A stretch of 64,000 nucleotides of DNA from Candidatus Ruthenibacterium merdavium (GTDB lineage Bacteria; Bacillota; Clostridia; Oscillospirales; Ruminococcaceae), in assembly GCA_019119935.1 (NCBI GenBank), contig DWWA01000018.1, forward strand, positions 2,771 through 66,770, written 5' to 3'. The first letter of the stretch is position 1. Every line of letters starts with the position of its first letter. The notes beneath the pieces were generated by a model. The model was given only the letters and a program-made list of their open reading frames with translations, made no database searches and was not told the DNA's origin. The translations under genes and the position numbers were made by a program. Below are positions 47,872 through 57,949 of this stretch, piece by piece.

Positions 47872-49962
47872 TTGGAAAACAAGGCATTTGAACAATTCGG
47901 CAGCCATCTGTTTGACGACCGCACCATGCGCGAGCGTCTGCCGCTGGACGTTTACGACAGCATGCGCCGCATTCGCGATGAAGGCGAGGAATGGAACCCG
48001 AAGGTAGCTGACGTTGTGGCACAGGCCATGATGAAATGGGCCGTGGAACTTGGCGCAACACACTACACCCACTGGTTCAGCCCCATGACGGGCATCGGTT
48101 CGGGCAAGCACGACAGCTTTATCGACGGTGTTGACAACGGCGAGCCGATTACGCGCTTTTCCGGCAAAATGCTGACAAAGGGCGAAAGTGACGCTTCCAG
48201 CTTCCCCTCCGGCGGCCTGCGCGCCACGTTTGAAGCGCGCGGCTATACGGCGTGGGACCCCACCTCCCCCGCCTTCGTGCTGGGCACTACACTTTACATT
48301 CCCACAGCTTTCTGCGCTTACACGGGTGAAGCACTTGACCAGAAAACCCCCGTTCTGCGCAGCATGCAGGCGCTGAACAAACACGCCCTGCGCGTTTTGC
48401 ACGCTTTGGGCGAAACAGACGTTGTCAGCGTACAGCCCACTGTCGGTGCAGAACAGGAATACTTCCTTGTCGCAAAAGAGCTGTTTGACCGCCGCCTTGA
48501 TTTGAAGGTTGCGGGCCACACTCTCTTAGGCGCAAAGCCCCCGAAGGGCCAAGAACTGGAGGATCACTATTACGGTTCTATCTCTGAGTTGGTGCGCGAG
48601 TTCATGCGCGAGCTGGACGAGGAACTTTGGCGTTTGGGCGTTCCCGCGAAGACGGAACACAATGAGGTAGCGCCCTCTCAGTTTGAGCTGGCAAACGTAT
48701 TTGCCACCGCCAACATTGCCTGCGACCACAACCAGATTACCATGGAATTGATGCGCAAGGTTGCTTTGCGCCACGGCTTTGCCTGCCTTTTGCATGAAAA
48801 GCCCTTTGCCGGGGTAAACGGCTCGGGCAAGCACAACAACTGGAGCATTGTGACTAACACTGGCAAAAACGTGCTGAATCCCACGGATAAGCCCGAGGAA
48901 AACCTGGTATTCCTCACCTTCCTGTGCGCCGTGCTGAAAGCCGTTGACCAATACAGCGATTTGCTGCGCCTGTCGGCCAGCTGCCCCGGAAACGAAGACC
49001 GCCTCGGCGGCAACGAGGCGCCGCCCGCCATCATCAGCGTCTTTTTGGGCAACGCCCTCACGGATATGCTCAGCGATTTGGCGCATGGACAAACCTTGTG
49101 CCGCGGCACCAAAGAGGAGCTTTTGTCCGACGTAAAAAGTCTGCCGCAGCTGCGCCGCGATGATTCCGACCGCAACCGCACTTCTCCGTTTGCCTTCACC
49201 GGAAATAAATTTGAATTCCGCATGGTTGGCTCCAGCCAGAGCATCGGCCTTGCCAACACCATCACGAATGCCATTGTGGCAGATGTCCTGCGCGAATTTG
49301 CCGACCGTTTGGAAAAGGCCGAAGATATGCGCACTGCGGTTATGGAGATTGTAACCGATACTTGGAAAAACCATGGCCGCATCATCTTCAACGGCAATAA
49401 CTACTCTGACGAATGGCGCGCGGAAGCCGAGCGCCGCGGTCTGCCGAACATCCGCGGCATGGTGGATGCCGCCGACAGCTACATCGCTCCGCGCAACGTG
49501 GCGATGTTTGAACGCATGGGCGTGTTCAGCGCATCCGAGTGCCATTCCCGCTATGAAATCACACTGGAAACCTACGCCAAAAATATTCATATCGACGCTT
49601 CCACGATGTTGGAAATGGTCAGCCGCAGCATTCTGCCCGCAAGCTATGAATACTTGAGCCGCGTGGGAAAATCGGAATATTACGCTGAGAAAAACGGTTT
49701 TGCCTGCGCCAGCGCGAAAGCCGCTGTGCAGAAGCTGTGCGTCAGCATTGACGTTGCCGCCGGCGCTACGGAAGCATTGCGCCGTGAGCTGGAGCGCATC
49801 GACCGTACAGAAATGGACGATAAACAGCGCGCTGAAGCATGCCGTCATATGGCCGAAAACGAGATGCGTGCGGTTCGTGAAGCCGCCGACAGCTTGGAGA
49901 TGCAGATTCCCCAAACCTATTGGCCGATTCCCGATTACAGCACCTTGCTGTTTGACCTGTAA
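47872..49962 (+). CDS. glnA: Glutamine synthetase type III
   Basis: About 696 aa; GATHYTHWF, GESDASSFPSGGLRATFEARGY, HNEVAPSQFE, EKPFAGVNGSGKH, DRNRTSPFAFTGNKFEFR; TTG start after GGAGGG. Confidence 0.95.
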   Translation: MENKAFEQFGSHLFDDRTMRERLPLDVYDSMRRIRDEGEEWNPKVADVVAQAMMKWAVELGATHYTHWFSPMTGIGSGKHDSFIDGVDNGEPITRFSGKMLTKGESDASSFPSGGLRATFEARGYTAWDPTSPAFVLGTTLYIPTAFCAYTGEALDQKTPVLRSMQALNKHALRVLHALGETDVVSVQPTVGAEQEYFLVAKELFDRRLDLKVAGHTLLGAKPPKGQELEDHYYGSISELVREFMRELDEELWRLGVPAKTEHNEVAPSQFELANVFATANIACDHNQITMELMRKVALRHGFACLLHEKPFAGVNGSGKHNNWSIVTNTGKNVLNPTDKPEENLVFLTFLCAVLKAVDQYSDLLRLSASCPGNEDRLGGNEAPPAIISVFLGNALTDMLSDLAHGQTLCRGTKEELLSDVKSLPQLRRDDSDRNRTSPFAFTGNKFEFRMVGSSQSIGLANTITNAIVADVLREFADRLEKAEDMRTAVMEIVTDTWKNHGRIIFNGNNYSDEWRAEAERRGLPNIRGMVDAADSYIAPRNVAMFERMGVFSASECHSRYEITLETYAKNIHIDASTMLEMVSRSILPASYEYLSRVGKSEYYAEKNGFACASAKAAVQKLCVSIDVAAGATEALRRELERIDRTEMDDKQRAEACRHMAENEMRAVREAADSLEMQIPQTYWPIPDYSTLLFDL

Positions 49963-50011
49963 GGATTTTACCGTCTGCTTTTTCATAGATACAAACAGCC
50001 CCAAAATAGAC

Positions 50012-50048
50012 AAAAGGAGCGGTGCACTCTCTGCACCGCTCCTTTTTT
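50012..50048 (+). terminator. Terminator after GSIII
   Basis: AAAAGGAGCGGTGCA-ctctc-TGCACCGCTCCTTTTTT. Confidence 0.85.
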
Positions 50049-50087
50049 ACAAAATCAACTTTTATGTTATGGGAAAGGAGCAAAACG

Positions 50088-50978
50088 ATGACTTCGCTGA
50101 AAGTTGCCCTTGTACAAAAAAGTGCCGCCCCGAATCAAAAAAACGAAAATCACCGACGAATGCTGCAATTTATCAAGGAAGCCGCCGCCATGGGTGCAGA
50201 CTTGGTGCTGTTTCCGGAAATGTGGTCTAACGGCTATGCTCCGCCGTTTCCAAAAGCGTTTGACGAGCCTTTGCACCCCGATTTTGAGCAAGAGCGCAAG
50301 GCATGGTTTGCCGATGCTGTGGACATCGACAGTCCTTATGTGAAGGAGCTGCAAAGCGCCGCCGCTCAATTTCAAATTGGTGTTTGTGCCACATTTCTCA
50401 GCCAACATCAAGGCAAATTTCAAAACACTGCGATTCTCATTGACCGAAACGGCCGCATCCTGCTCAATTACGCAAAAGTACACACTTGCGATTTTTCTCT
50501 CGAAAAACTGCTGAGCCACGGCACAGAGTTTTTTGTCTGTGATTTTGAAGGCGTAAAAATTGGGGTTATGATTTGTTATGACCGTGAATTCCCGGAAAGC
50601 GCAAGGGTGCTGATGCTGAAAGGGGCGGAAATCATTCTTGTTCCCAATGCCTGCAATATGAACACGGCCAGGCTGAATCAGCTCAACGCCCGTGCTTTTG
50701 AAAACATGGTAGGCATTGCGATGGCGAACTATCCCGGCAAAGGATGGGGCGGCTCATGCGCCTTTTCCCCTGTTGTGTTTGATGAAAACGGAAACAACAT
50801 TGACAATGTCCTTCTTCAAGCCGATGATATTTCTGAACAGATTTATCTGACCGAATTTAACATCGAAGAAATGCGCGCCTATCGAAAACGGGAAACTTGG
50901 GGCAACGCTTACCGAAAGCCGGAAGCCTATACCGACCTTGTTTCCTTTACTGTGCAAGAACCATTTATCCGAACGTAA
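50088..50978 (+). CDS. Carbon-nitrogen hydrolase (nitrilase superfamily amidohydrolase)
   Basis: Glu-Lys-Cys triad in LFPE, YAKVH, ICYDREFPE; ATG after AAGGAG. Confidence 0.9.
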   Translation: MTSLKVALVQKSAAPNQKNENHRRMLQFIKEAAAMGADLVLFPEMWSNGYAPPFPKAFDEPLHPDFEQERKAWFADAVDIDSPYVKELQSAAAQFQIGVCATFLSQHQGKFQNTAILIDRNGRILLNYAKVHTCDFSLEKLLSHGTEFFVCDFEGVKIGVMICYDREFPESARVLMLKGAEIILVPNACNMNTARLNQLNARAFENMVGIAMANYPGKGWGGSCAFSPVVFDENGNNIDNVLLQADDISEQIYLTEFNIEEMRAYRKRETWGNAYRKPEAYTDLVSFTVQEPFIRT

Positions 50979-51031
50979 AAAGCGGGCAGCCGCTGCCGGA
51001 ACTAACTCCACGCAGCGGCTGCTCGTTTTTT
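50979..51031. terminator. Bidirectional terminator between the hydrolase and the ABC operon
   Basis: CGGGCAGCCGCTGC...GCAGCGGCTGCTCG stem with flanking A and T tracts. Confidence 0.75.
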
Positions 51032-51061
51032 ATTGTTCTGACAAAGCCATTTACAAAATTC

Positions 51062-52021
51062 TCAGCGCTTGCCCTTATCGTAAATGTCGCCGAGTGCGCG
51101 CGGTGCCTGATTGTTTTTCGAGAAGAAAATCAACAAAAGCAGTGTAAGGACATACGGCAAAATCATAATAAGGTCGGAATAAGTGCTGGGCATTCCCAGA
51201 ACCTGCACAATTTTGTAACCGCCCGAACGAGCAAATCCAAACAGAACACATGCCCAGAATGTGGGCAAAATCTTCCAGTTACCGAAAATCAACGCGGCAA
51301 TCGCCAAATAGCCGTAGCCGGTATAGATGCTGGCGGAGTAGCTTGAATAAATGGAATATGCAAAGCAAATACCGCCTAAGCCGGAAAGCGCGCCCGAAAT
51401 TGCAATGGCAATGTAGCGAATCTTCGCCACGTCGGCGCCTGCCGCATCCACGGCATGCGGGTTGTCACCGCACGCGCGCAGGCGCATGCCGAACGTTGTT
51501 TTGTACAACAGATACCAAGCGGCAATCGCCACCACAATAATGATGAACTCATACGGGTAAACATCGGTGAAAAATGCGCCCAAGACAGGGATGCTGCTCA
51601 AAACAGGGATTGTCACGCGGTTGCTCACGGAGAGCACGAAACGGTCGGAAGACGCACCGAACACCTGAGCGTTAATCTGACTCGTCAAGAAATCTGTCAA
51701 AGCCATCGCAATGATGTTCACCACAACACCGCTAATCACCTGATTGGCTTTAAAATGAATGCACAGCACGGCATGCAGCATTGCATACAGTGCGCCGCCC
51801 AGCATCGAAATTGCAATTGCAAAATACATCGGTGCCTGAGAGGAAGCCGCAAACCAAGAGGAAGTAAACGCCACAAACAGCGCGCCGAAAAAGCCGCCCG
51901 CTCCTAAAAAGCCTTCGAGCGCAAGGTTTGTCACGCCGCTTCGCTCGCTGTAAATACCGCCTACCGCAATGATGAACAGAGGCAGGGTAAACGACATACC
52001 GTCAATAATAATGCTATTCAC
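51062..52021 (-). CDS. ABC transporter permease, nucleoside/BMP (Nup) type, subunit 2
   Basis: SERSGVTNLALEG, GMRLRACGDNP.A.D.AG, GYLAIAALIFG.W, LPYVLTL. Confidence 0.92.
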   Translation of the reverse strand: MNSIIIDGMSFTLPLFIIAVGGIYSERSGVTNLALEGFLGAGGFFGALFVAFTSSWFAASSQAPMYFAIAISMLGGALYAMLHAVLCIHFKANQVISGVVVNIIAMALTDFLTSQINAQVFGASSDRFVLSVSNRVTIPVLSSIPVLGAFFTDVYPYEFIIIVVAIAAWYLLYKTTFGMRLRACGDNPHAVDAAGADVAKIRYIAIAISGALSGLGGICFAYSIYSSYSASIYTGYGYLAIAALIFGNWKILPTFWACVLFGFARSGGYKIVQVLGMPSTYSDLIMILPYVLTLLLLIFFSKNNQAPRALGDIYDKGKR

Positions 52022-53196
52022 GACTGCCCCTCCTTTTTCTCATTGCCTTCTTTTTTCTCTTCTTTCTTCTGTTCTTCCAGCTCCATACGGCTAATGCGCA
52101 GACGATGACGCACATAAGCACCGCACGCCGCGAACAGCAGCATCAAGCCCGTAATGACCGAGCCGATCTGCTGATCGACACCGATTGACGAGCTCATATA
52201 AGTGCTGCCTTTTGTGATTACGGTGATCAGGAAAGAGGCAAACACAATGCCAATCGGATTGGAGTTGCCAAGCAGACTGATGGCAATGGAATCAAAACCG
52301 ACCGTAGATAAGACACGCGGCTGAATCGAACCGAGGTAACCCAGATAGTATGTTACGCCTGCCAGGCCCGCCAAAGCTCCTGAAAGCATCATCGCAAAAA
52401 GGATGTTGCGGCGCACGTTGATGCCTGCATACTTTGAGGCTTTGGGGTTTAAGCCAACGGCCTTGAGCTCATAACCAAATTTGGTATGATGGATCAGATA
52501 ATGCATGACGGCTACCGCAATAACCGCAAGAACAAAGCCCAGCGGAATCACCGTTTTATATCCTGCAATCATGACATTTTGAAGCGTCAGGCGTGAGGCG
52601 TCTGAAATTGCCTGTGACTGTCTTGTAAGCGGATTGATGAAAAACGTGAAAATAAAAAAGCTGAGAACATACTGAAAAATATAGTTCAGCATAATGGAGG
52701 AAACCACTTCATTGATGTTGAACCGATACTTCAAATATCCGATTAAAGCGCCAACCAGCGCGCCTACCACGATACCGATAATAATTACCAGCGGTTTTGC
52801 GACAATGGCCGGGAGCGGCGAATAACCAACCGTTACCATAGCGGTAAAGCCCGCCATCAGCATTTGGCCGGAAACACCGATGTTAAATAAACCCGCCTTA
52901 AATGCCACTGCAACCGACAGCGCCGCAAACAGCATCGGCGTCCAGTTGTCGAGGTAGCCCATGAAATCGGTAAACATTCCTTTACCGCCCGCATAATTCG
53001 CTTTTGCCGAAATGCCGCACCCTTGCAAAAACGCATTGAATGCCTGTAAAGGATTTTTCCCGAGAATCAGAAAAATCACCGCACCTGCCAAAAGTCCGAA
53101 CAATACTTCTAAGAGCGGCACAGTAATATTTTGGCGCTTTTCATCGCCCATCACCGCCAATAACGCGGCTTTCAAGTGATTGCTCTTCTTTTTCAT
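52018..53196 (-). CDS. ABC transporter permease, nucleoside/BMP (Nup) type, subunit 1
   Basis: GLFNIGVSGQ, INEVVSSIMLNY, GYELKAVGLNP.ASKYAGI, GFDSIAISLLG. Confidence 0.92.
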   Translation of the reverse strand: MKKKSNHLKAALLAVMGDEKRQNITVPLLEVLFGLLAGAVIFLILGKNPLQAFNAFLQGCGISAKANYAGGKGMFTDFMGYLDNWTPMLFAALSVAVAFKAGLFNIGVSGQMLMAGFTAMVTVGYSPLPAIVAKPLVIIIGIVVGALVGALIGYLKYRFNINEVVSSIMLNYIFQYVLSFFIFTFFINPLTRQSQAISDASRLTLQNVMIAGYKTVIPLGFVLAVIAVAVMHYLIHHTKFGYELKAVGLNPKASKYAGINVRRNILFAMMLSGALAGLAGVTYYLGYLGSIQPRVLSTVGFDSIAISLLGNSNPIGIVFASFLITVITKGSTYMSSSIGVDQQIGSVITGLMLLFAACGAYVRHRLRISRMELEEQKKEEKKEGNEKKEGQS

Positions 53197-54719
53197 GTCG
53201 TAACACCCATCATATAATTGCCCACCTGATTGACCGTCAGGCTTTCTGCCGGGGCGGTTTTCAAAAGCTCACCGCTGTAAATCACGCCGATGGTATCCGC
53301 CAGCTTCATTACTTCTTCCAGTTCCAGCGAAATCAGCAAAATTGCTTTTCCTTTGCTGCGCTGCTCCAAAATTTGACGATGAATATTTTCAATCGCGCCA
53401 ATATCAAGGCCGCGCGTCGGCTGAACAAACAAAATCACCTTCGCATTTTGATCAATCTCACGTGCGATAATTGCTTTTTGCTGATTGCCGCCGCTCATTG
53501 AGCGAACGATGGTATCGCAGCCCTGTCCGCACCGAATATCATACTTTTCAATCAACTCACTGCTTTTTTTGTCAAACCGGTCACGCTTTAACCAGCCGTG
53601 CACGCAATAAGGAGGCTTGTAATAATTCTTCAAAAGCAGATTTTCCGAAAGCGTAAAATCCATTACCATACCGGTTGCATGACGGTCGGCAGGGATATAT
53701 GCCACACCGGATTCATTGCGCTTGCGAATGGGCATTTGCGTAATATCCTGCCCGGCCAAATAAATTTTGCCGCCTGCCGCTTTCACCATTCCGGCAATGG
53801 CATCCGCCAGTTCTTCCTGTCCGTTTCCGGATACGCCTGCCACGGCAAAAATTTCGCCTTCGTGAATGGAAAAGGAAACATCTTTCACAACCGGGAAGCC
53901 CGCCGAATTCTTCACTGTCAGGTTTTCAATGCGCAAAACTTCCTCGCCCGGAGAAACCGGCTCTTTTTCCATTTCCTCAGATACTTCGCGCCCCACCATC
54001 ATGTAAGCCATATCATGGGTGCTGGTGGTGGCTACATCGCATTCGCTGACAAGCTTTCCGCGGCACAAAACTGCACAGCGATCAGCCACCTGCTTGATTT
54101 CCTCCAGCTTGTGCGTAATCAAAATAATGGTTTTTCCGGCATCGCGCAGATTGCGGATCACTTGCAAAAGCGACTCAATCTCCTGCGGCGTGAGCATCGC
54201 GGTTGGCTCGTCAAAAATCATAATTTCGGCTTCCCGGTACAGCATTTTTAAAATTTCAACGCGCTGCTGAATGGAAACGCTCAAATCTTCAATTTTCGCC
54301 GTCGGTTCCACCTCTAACCCGTAACGCTTAGAGAGCTCGGCAATCTTTTGATTGGTGCCCTTGATATCTACCGTGGGGAAAATGCCCGCAATGCGCTTTT
54401 GAGGCTCCATGCCAAGAACAATATTTTCCGTAACGGTAAAATTTTCTACCAGCTTGAAGTGCTGGTGCACCATACCAATGTTCAGCTTTGTTGCATGGCT
54501 GGGCGAAGTAATGCGAACCTTTTCGCCCCGAATGAAAATTTCTCCTTCGTCCGGCTCATACATGCCAAACAAAATGCTCATTAACGTCGATTTCCCCGCA
54601 CCGTTTTCTCCTAAGAGCGCAAAAATCTCGCCCTTTTGAATGGTCAAACTCACATCGTCATTGGCAACAATGCCGGGAAAGCGCTTTGTAATGTGCCGAA
54701 GCTCGATGATGGGCTTCAT
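53193..54719 (-). CDS. ABC transporter ATP-binding protein with two NBDs (nucleoside/carbohydrate type)
   Basis: GENGAGKST, GMVHQHF, FDEPTA, SGGNQQK, QPTRGLD; start ATG 54719 after GGAGG. Confidence 0.95.
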   Translation of the reverse strand: MKPIIELRHITKRFPGIVANDDVSLTIQKGEIFALLGENGAGKSTLMSILFGMYEPDEGEIFIRGEKVRITSPSHATKLNIGMVHQHFKLVENFTVTENIVLGMEPQKRIAGIFPTVDIKGTNQKIAELSKRYGLEVEPTAKIEDLSVSIQQRVEILKMLYREAEIMIFDEPTAMLTPQEIESLLQVIRNLRDAGKTIILITHKLEEIKQVADRCAVLCRGKLVSECDVATTSTHDMAYMMVGREVSEEMEKEPVSPGEEVLRIENLTVKNSAGFPVVKDVSFSIHEGEIFAVAGVSGNGQEELADAIAGMVKAAGGKIYLAGQDITQMPIRKRNESGVAYIPADRHATGMVMDFTLSENLLLKNYYKPPYCVHGWLKRDRFDKKSSELIEKYDIRCGQGCDTIVRSMSGGNQQKAIIAREIDQNAKVILFVQPTRGLDIGAIENIHRQILEQRSKGKAILLISLELEEVMKLADTIGVIYSGELLKTAPAESLTVNQVGNYMMGVTT

Positions 54720-54953
54720 GGTGTTGCCTCCTTTAGCAAATGAAATTGTAAAAAGCCGAAAACAGCGCAGCGCCGGGGCGTTTCTGAAAACAAAGAAATG
54801 GACAGATTCTTCATAAGACGTGTGGAGCCGCAAGGCAAAAAGCCCGGAAATTCCCTATGGGGTTCAAGCATTTTTAACACATCAGACACCACTTCTTACA
54901 AAAAAAGCGGAAAATTTCAACTTTTCAGAAAGCCCCTGACATCAGCCATATAA

Positions 54954-54981
54954 AAAAGGGGAACGCTTTCGTTCCCCTTTC
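54954..54981 (-). terminator. Terminator or stabilising hairpin after the BMP gene, inside the ABC cluster
   Basis: AAAGGGGAACG-aaag-CGTTCCCCTTTTTT on the minus strand. Confidence 0.8.
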
Positions 54982-55034
54982 CTTATCGCCCTTTCAGCAG
55001 TGTGCAGCCAAAGCCCGCACGCTGACTTTCAGCA

Positions 55035-56225
55035 TTATTTCAAGCCGGGGAAATCTTCCGGCGTGTAGCCGTTGGTAGCAGACGCCGGAACAATCGTTCC
55101 GTCTTTTACGAGCTGCAAGCACTCATTCATTTTCGTCAGAGCATCTTCGCTGAGCTGCTGACGGCCTTCCTCGCTCACAAAGCCGGTGGAATCGCTGTCT
55201 GCTTTCAGCAGCTGCGTGCCGCCTGCAAAAGTACCGTCGACAATCTTGTTGAGCTCACGCTCAACCGTCACATCCATGCATTTCAAGCTGGAGGTCAGCA
55301 CTACGTTGGAATCGCCGTTTGCGCCGTCGTCATACTGGTCTGCGTCGCAGCCGATGAAATAAACGTCTTTTGCCTCTTTGACTGCGGTCAATGCACCGTT
55401 GCCGGAGTCGCCCGCTGCCGCGAACAGCACGTCGCATCCCTCGCCGATCAAAGTCTGACCAATGATCTTGCCCGTTGCAGGATCATCAAACTTGCCGACA
55501 TAGTTGCCGCCAACGTTGTTTCCGGTGCTGTCGGTGCCTGCATAAGCGGCGATTTCCACTACTTCGGCCGTTGTGCCGTAATGCTCATTCGCATACTTCA
55601 CACCGGACTCAAAGCCGTACTGATAGTTGACGTTAGACTCAAAAGCAACGCCGTGCACAGAAGCCACTTTACCCGTCTTGGTTGTCAAAGCAGCAGCCAG
55701 GCCCGCGAAGAAGCCGCCTTCCTCTTCGGCAAAAATCAGGCTGGTCACGTTGTCCAGCTCAGCAACATTGCCGCTCTCATCCGTTGCCACAGTGTCAATC
55801 AAAATGAACTGCTTGTCCGGATTTTCCTGCGCCAAAGTACCGATGCCTGCAAACTGGAAGCCCGGAGTCACGATGACATCGTAGTCAGCGATGACGTCTG
55901 CCACAGCCTGTACGGCTGCTGTTGTATCACCGGTCGGCTCAACGATATCGGTCACCGTGTCGATGCTGCCGCGCGAATCAATGAAGTTCAGCACGCCTTC
56001 ATAGCTGTTTTGCACGAAGGACCCGTCGTCCACACCGCTCGGGCTGGACACGAACACAATCTTCATGCCCTCTGCCGAAGCCGCAGAACCTGCTGTCGAA
56101 GCCGCAGCAGAACCCGCAGCAGAAGAACCTGCGCCCGCAGCGCTGGAAGATACGGAAGAGCCGGCGCATCCGGCCAAACCGAGCACCATCGAGCAGGCCA
56201 CTAAAAAGCTAGCAATCTTTTTCAT
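55035..56225 (-). CDS. BMP family (PnrA/NupN-like) substrate-binding lipoprotein
   Basis: Signal peptide with lipobox LAGC; DDGSF..NSYEG, GFQF, FAEEEGGFFAG, FAAAG, IGCD.DQ; alternative TTG start at 56234. Confidence 0.92.
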   Translation of the reverse strand: MKKIASFLVACSMVLGLAGCAGSSVSSSAAGAGSSAAGSAAASTAGSAASAEGMKIVFVSSPSGVDDGSFVQNSYEGVLNFIDSRGSIDTVTDIVEPTGDTTAAVQAVADVIADYDVIVTPGFQFAGIGTLAQENPDKQFILIDTVATDESGNVAELDNVTSLIFAEEEGGFFAGLAAALTTKTGKVASVHGVAFESNVNYQYGFESGVKYANEHYGTTAEVVEIAAYAGTDSTGNNVGGNYVGKFDDPATGKIIGQTLIGEGCDVLFAAAGDSGNGALTAVKEAKDVYFIGCDADQYDDGANGDSNVVLTSSLKCMDVTVERELNKIVDGTFAGGTQLLKADSDSTGFVSEEGRQQLSEDALTKMNECLQLVKDGTIVPASATNGYTPEDFPGLK

Positions 56226-56378
56226 TGTTTTCAACCTTTTCCTTTTCCTTTTTTTCCTGATATCATTCCCTCACACGAAGGGAAAATACTTTACAGGGTC
56301 GATTATAGTTTAACACGCTCTTTCTTTTTGTGCAATATTTTTCTTCTTATTTTTTAAGAATTGCACAAAATTTCGCCC

Positions 56379-56864
56379 TTATTTTTGATTTTCTGCGGTT
56401 TCATTTGTCAAGGCCGCAATCTGCACCGCCCGCGCGGGATACTCCCGGCTCAGCAAAGCTCTGTCGCCATGTTCGTAGCCCGACTGCTCGTAGCCGGGCG
56501 ACATCGTCGTACCCAAAAGCGCCCATGCACCGCCCGCTTTCAGCCGCGAGCCCTGCCACGTTCCCGCTTTGACTAAGTGCTGAACCTGCTGTCCGCGTGC
56601 CAAATCCGGGCCCAGCTCGGTTACGCACGAAGAGCCGTCCGGCATGAGCTCGCACAGTTCCACCGCGTCCCCGAGATAAAAATGATACATTTCATCCGCG
56701 TCCAAACGATGCAGGTGCGAAAACGTGTCCGGCGTGAGCATATAATAAATCGCCGTTGCCATCGGGCGCGGCGTTTCTCCGCTTTGATAAGTTTGCCGGT
56801 AAAGGCCGCCCTCTCCTTCAAGCGGCTCGAGCCCCAGCGCCTCCATTACTTCCTGTGCCGTCAT
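56379..56864 (-). CDS. Cupin_5 (DUF985) family protein
   Basis: LGLEPL..EGG.YRQTY, TAIYYML, HLHRL.ADEMYHFY.G, V.AGTWQ, MSPGY; ATGA overlap with the upstream oxidoreductase. Confidence 0.88.
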   Translation of the reverse strand: MTAQEVMEALGLEPLEGEGGLYRQTYQSGETPRPMATAIYYMLTPDTFSHLHRLDADEMYHFYLGDAVELCELMPDGSSCVTELGPDLARGQQVQHLVKAGTWQGSRLKAGGAWALLGTTMSPGYEQSGYEHGDRALLSREYPARAVQIAALTNETAENQK

Positions 56865-57949
56865 GCTTTTCCCTGCCTTTCCACCCATGTCCAGCGTGAA
56901 TCATTCTTCGCGCTGTCGTAAACAGCGCGGCATACCGCAGCGGTCTGCGCACCCTGTGCAAAGGTGGGGTATGTACTCTTTGCAGACGCTTTTCCCTGAA
57001 TCACCTCGTACATCTCGCGCACAAGCGCTTGGAACGTGTCGGAAAAGCCGTTTCCGAACGCAAACACCTCGGTGTGAACACCCTGACCTTTGCGGGCGGT
57101 GTGCAAAAGATTGTTGTCTTCTTCATTCCACCACAAATTTCCGTTTTCACAGGTAATTTCGATGGTTAAACGGTTGCCGCGCCCCGGTGATACTTCGGAA
57201 AGCAATACATTCCCGAGCACGCCGTTTTCATAGCGGATTGTTACTGCGGCGGCATCTTCGGTGTGAACGGCAACCGGCGTTCCTTCCACTCCTTGATGAA
57301 CGGGGTACATCATGCCGTCCTTGAGCACGCGCTGCGGATGAAAGCACCCGAAGGTTGCGCTCACCGCCTCGGCGCGCAGGCCCGTCAGGTACGAGGCCAA
57401 ATCCAGCCAATGGCTGCCGATTTCCGACACAGCGCGCATCGTTCCGGCCAGCGTTTCGTTATAACGCCAGTCCATCGGAGCAGGAAGTGCGTGAAACTCC
57501 TGCATATAATTGCCGTGAATCATCAAAACACGGCCCAGCTCGCCGCTGTCCAAAATTTCCTTTGCCCTCGCGCACGCCATGTGATAGCGCACGTTGAACG
57601 TCAGCGCACACACCAGGCCCGAAGCATCTGCCAAATCCGCCAGCTCCGCCGCTTCTTTTTCGTCCAGCGAAAGCGGCTTTTCACACAGCACATGCTTTTT
57701 GTGCGAAAGCATATCACGCACAATCTGCCCATGCGTATTCGGGGGTGTGCAGATATGAACCACATCAATTTCGTCTGCAAACGCAAGCTCTTGTGACGTA
57801 CCAAATACGGGAATGTTCCATTGCTCGGCAAAGCGCCGTACAGCCTGCTCGTCCACTGACACAGCAACGGCAATCTCCACCCCGCAGGCGCGCAGCGCCG
57901 CAGCGTGAACCTGTCCGCTGAACCCACAACCAATAATTGCAGCTTTCAT
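56861..57949 (-). CDS. Gfo/Idh/MocA family NAD(P)-dependent oxidoreductase
   Basis: IIGCGFSG Rossmann motif, HICTPPNTH, HVLCEKPL, NWRY-like DWRY, IGSHWLD. Confidence 0.93.
   Translation of the reverse strand: MKAAIIGCGFSGQVHAAALRACGVEIAVAVSVDEQAVRRFAEQWNIPVFGTSQELAFADEIDVVHICTPPNTHGQIVRDMLSHKKHVLCEKPLSLDEKEAAELADLADASGLVCALTFNVRYHMACARAKEILDSGELGRVLMIHGNYMQEFHALPAPMDWRYNETLAGTMRAVSEIGSHWLDLASYLTGLRAEAVSATFGCFHPQRVLKDGMMYPVHQGVEGTPVAVHTEDAAAVTIRYENGVLGNVLLSEVSPGRGNRLTIEITCENGNLWWNEEDNNLLHTARKGQGVHTEVFAFGNGFSDTFQALVREMYEVIQGKASAKSTYPTFAQGAQTAAVCRAVYDSAKNDSRWTWVERQGKA

Noticed and set aside
48526-50013. 495-aa minus-strand ORF
   Set aside because: Antisense shadow of the GSIII gene
54915-54935. 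CodY box-like ACTTTTCAGAAAGCC
   Set aside because: Four mismatches to AATTTTCWGAAAATT; not distinguishable from chance in AT-rich DNA
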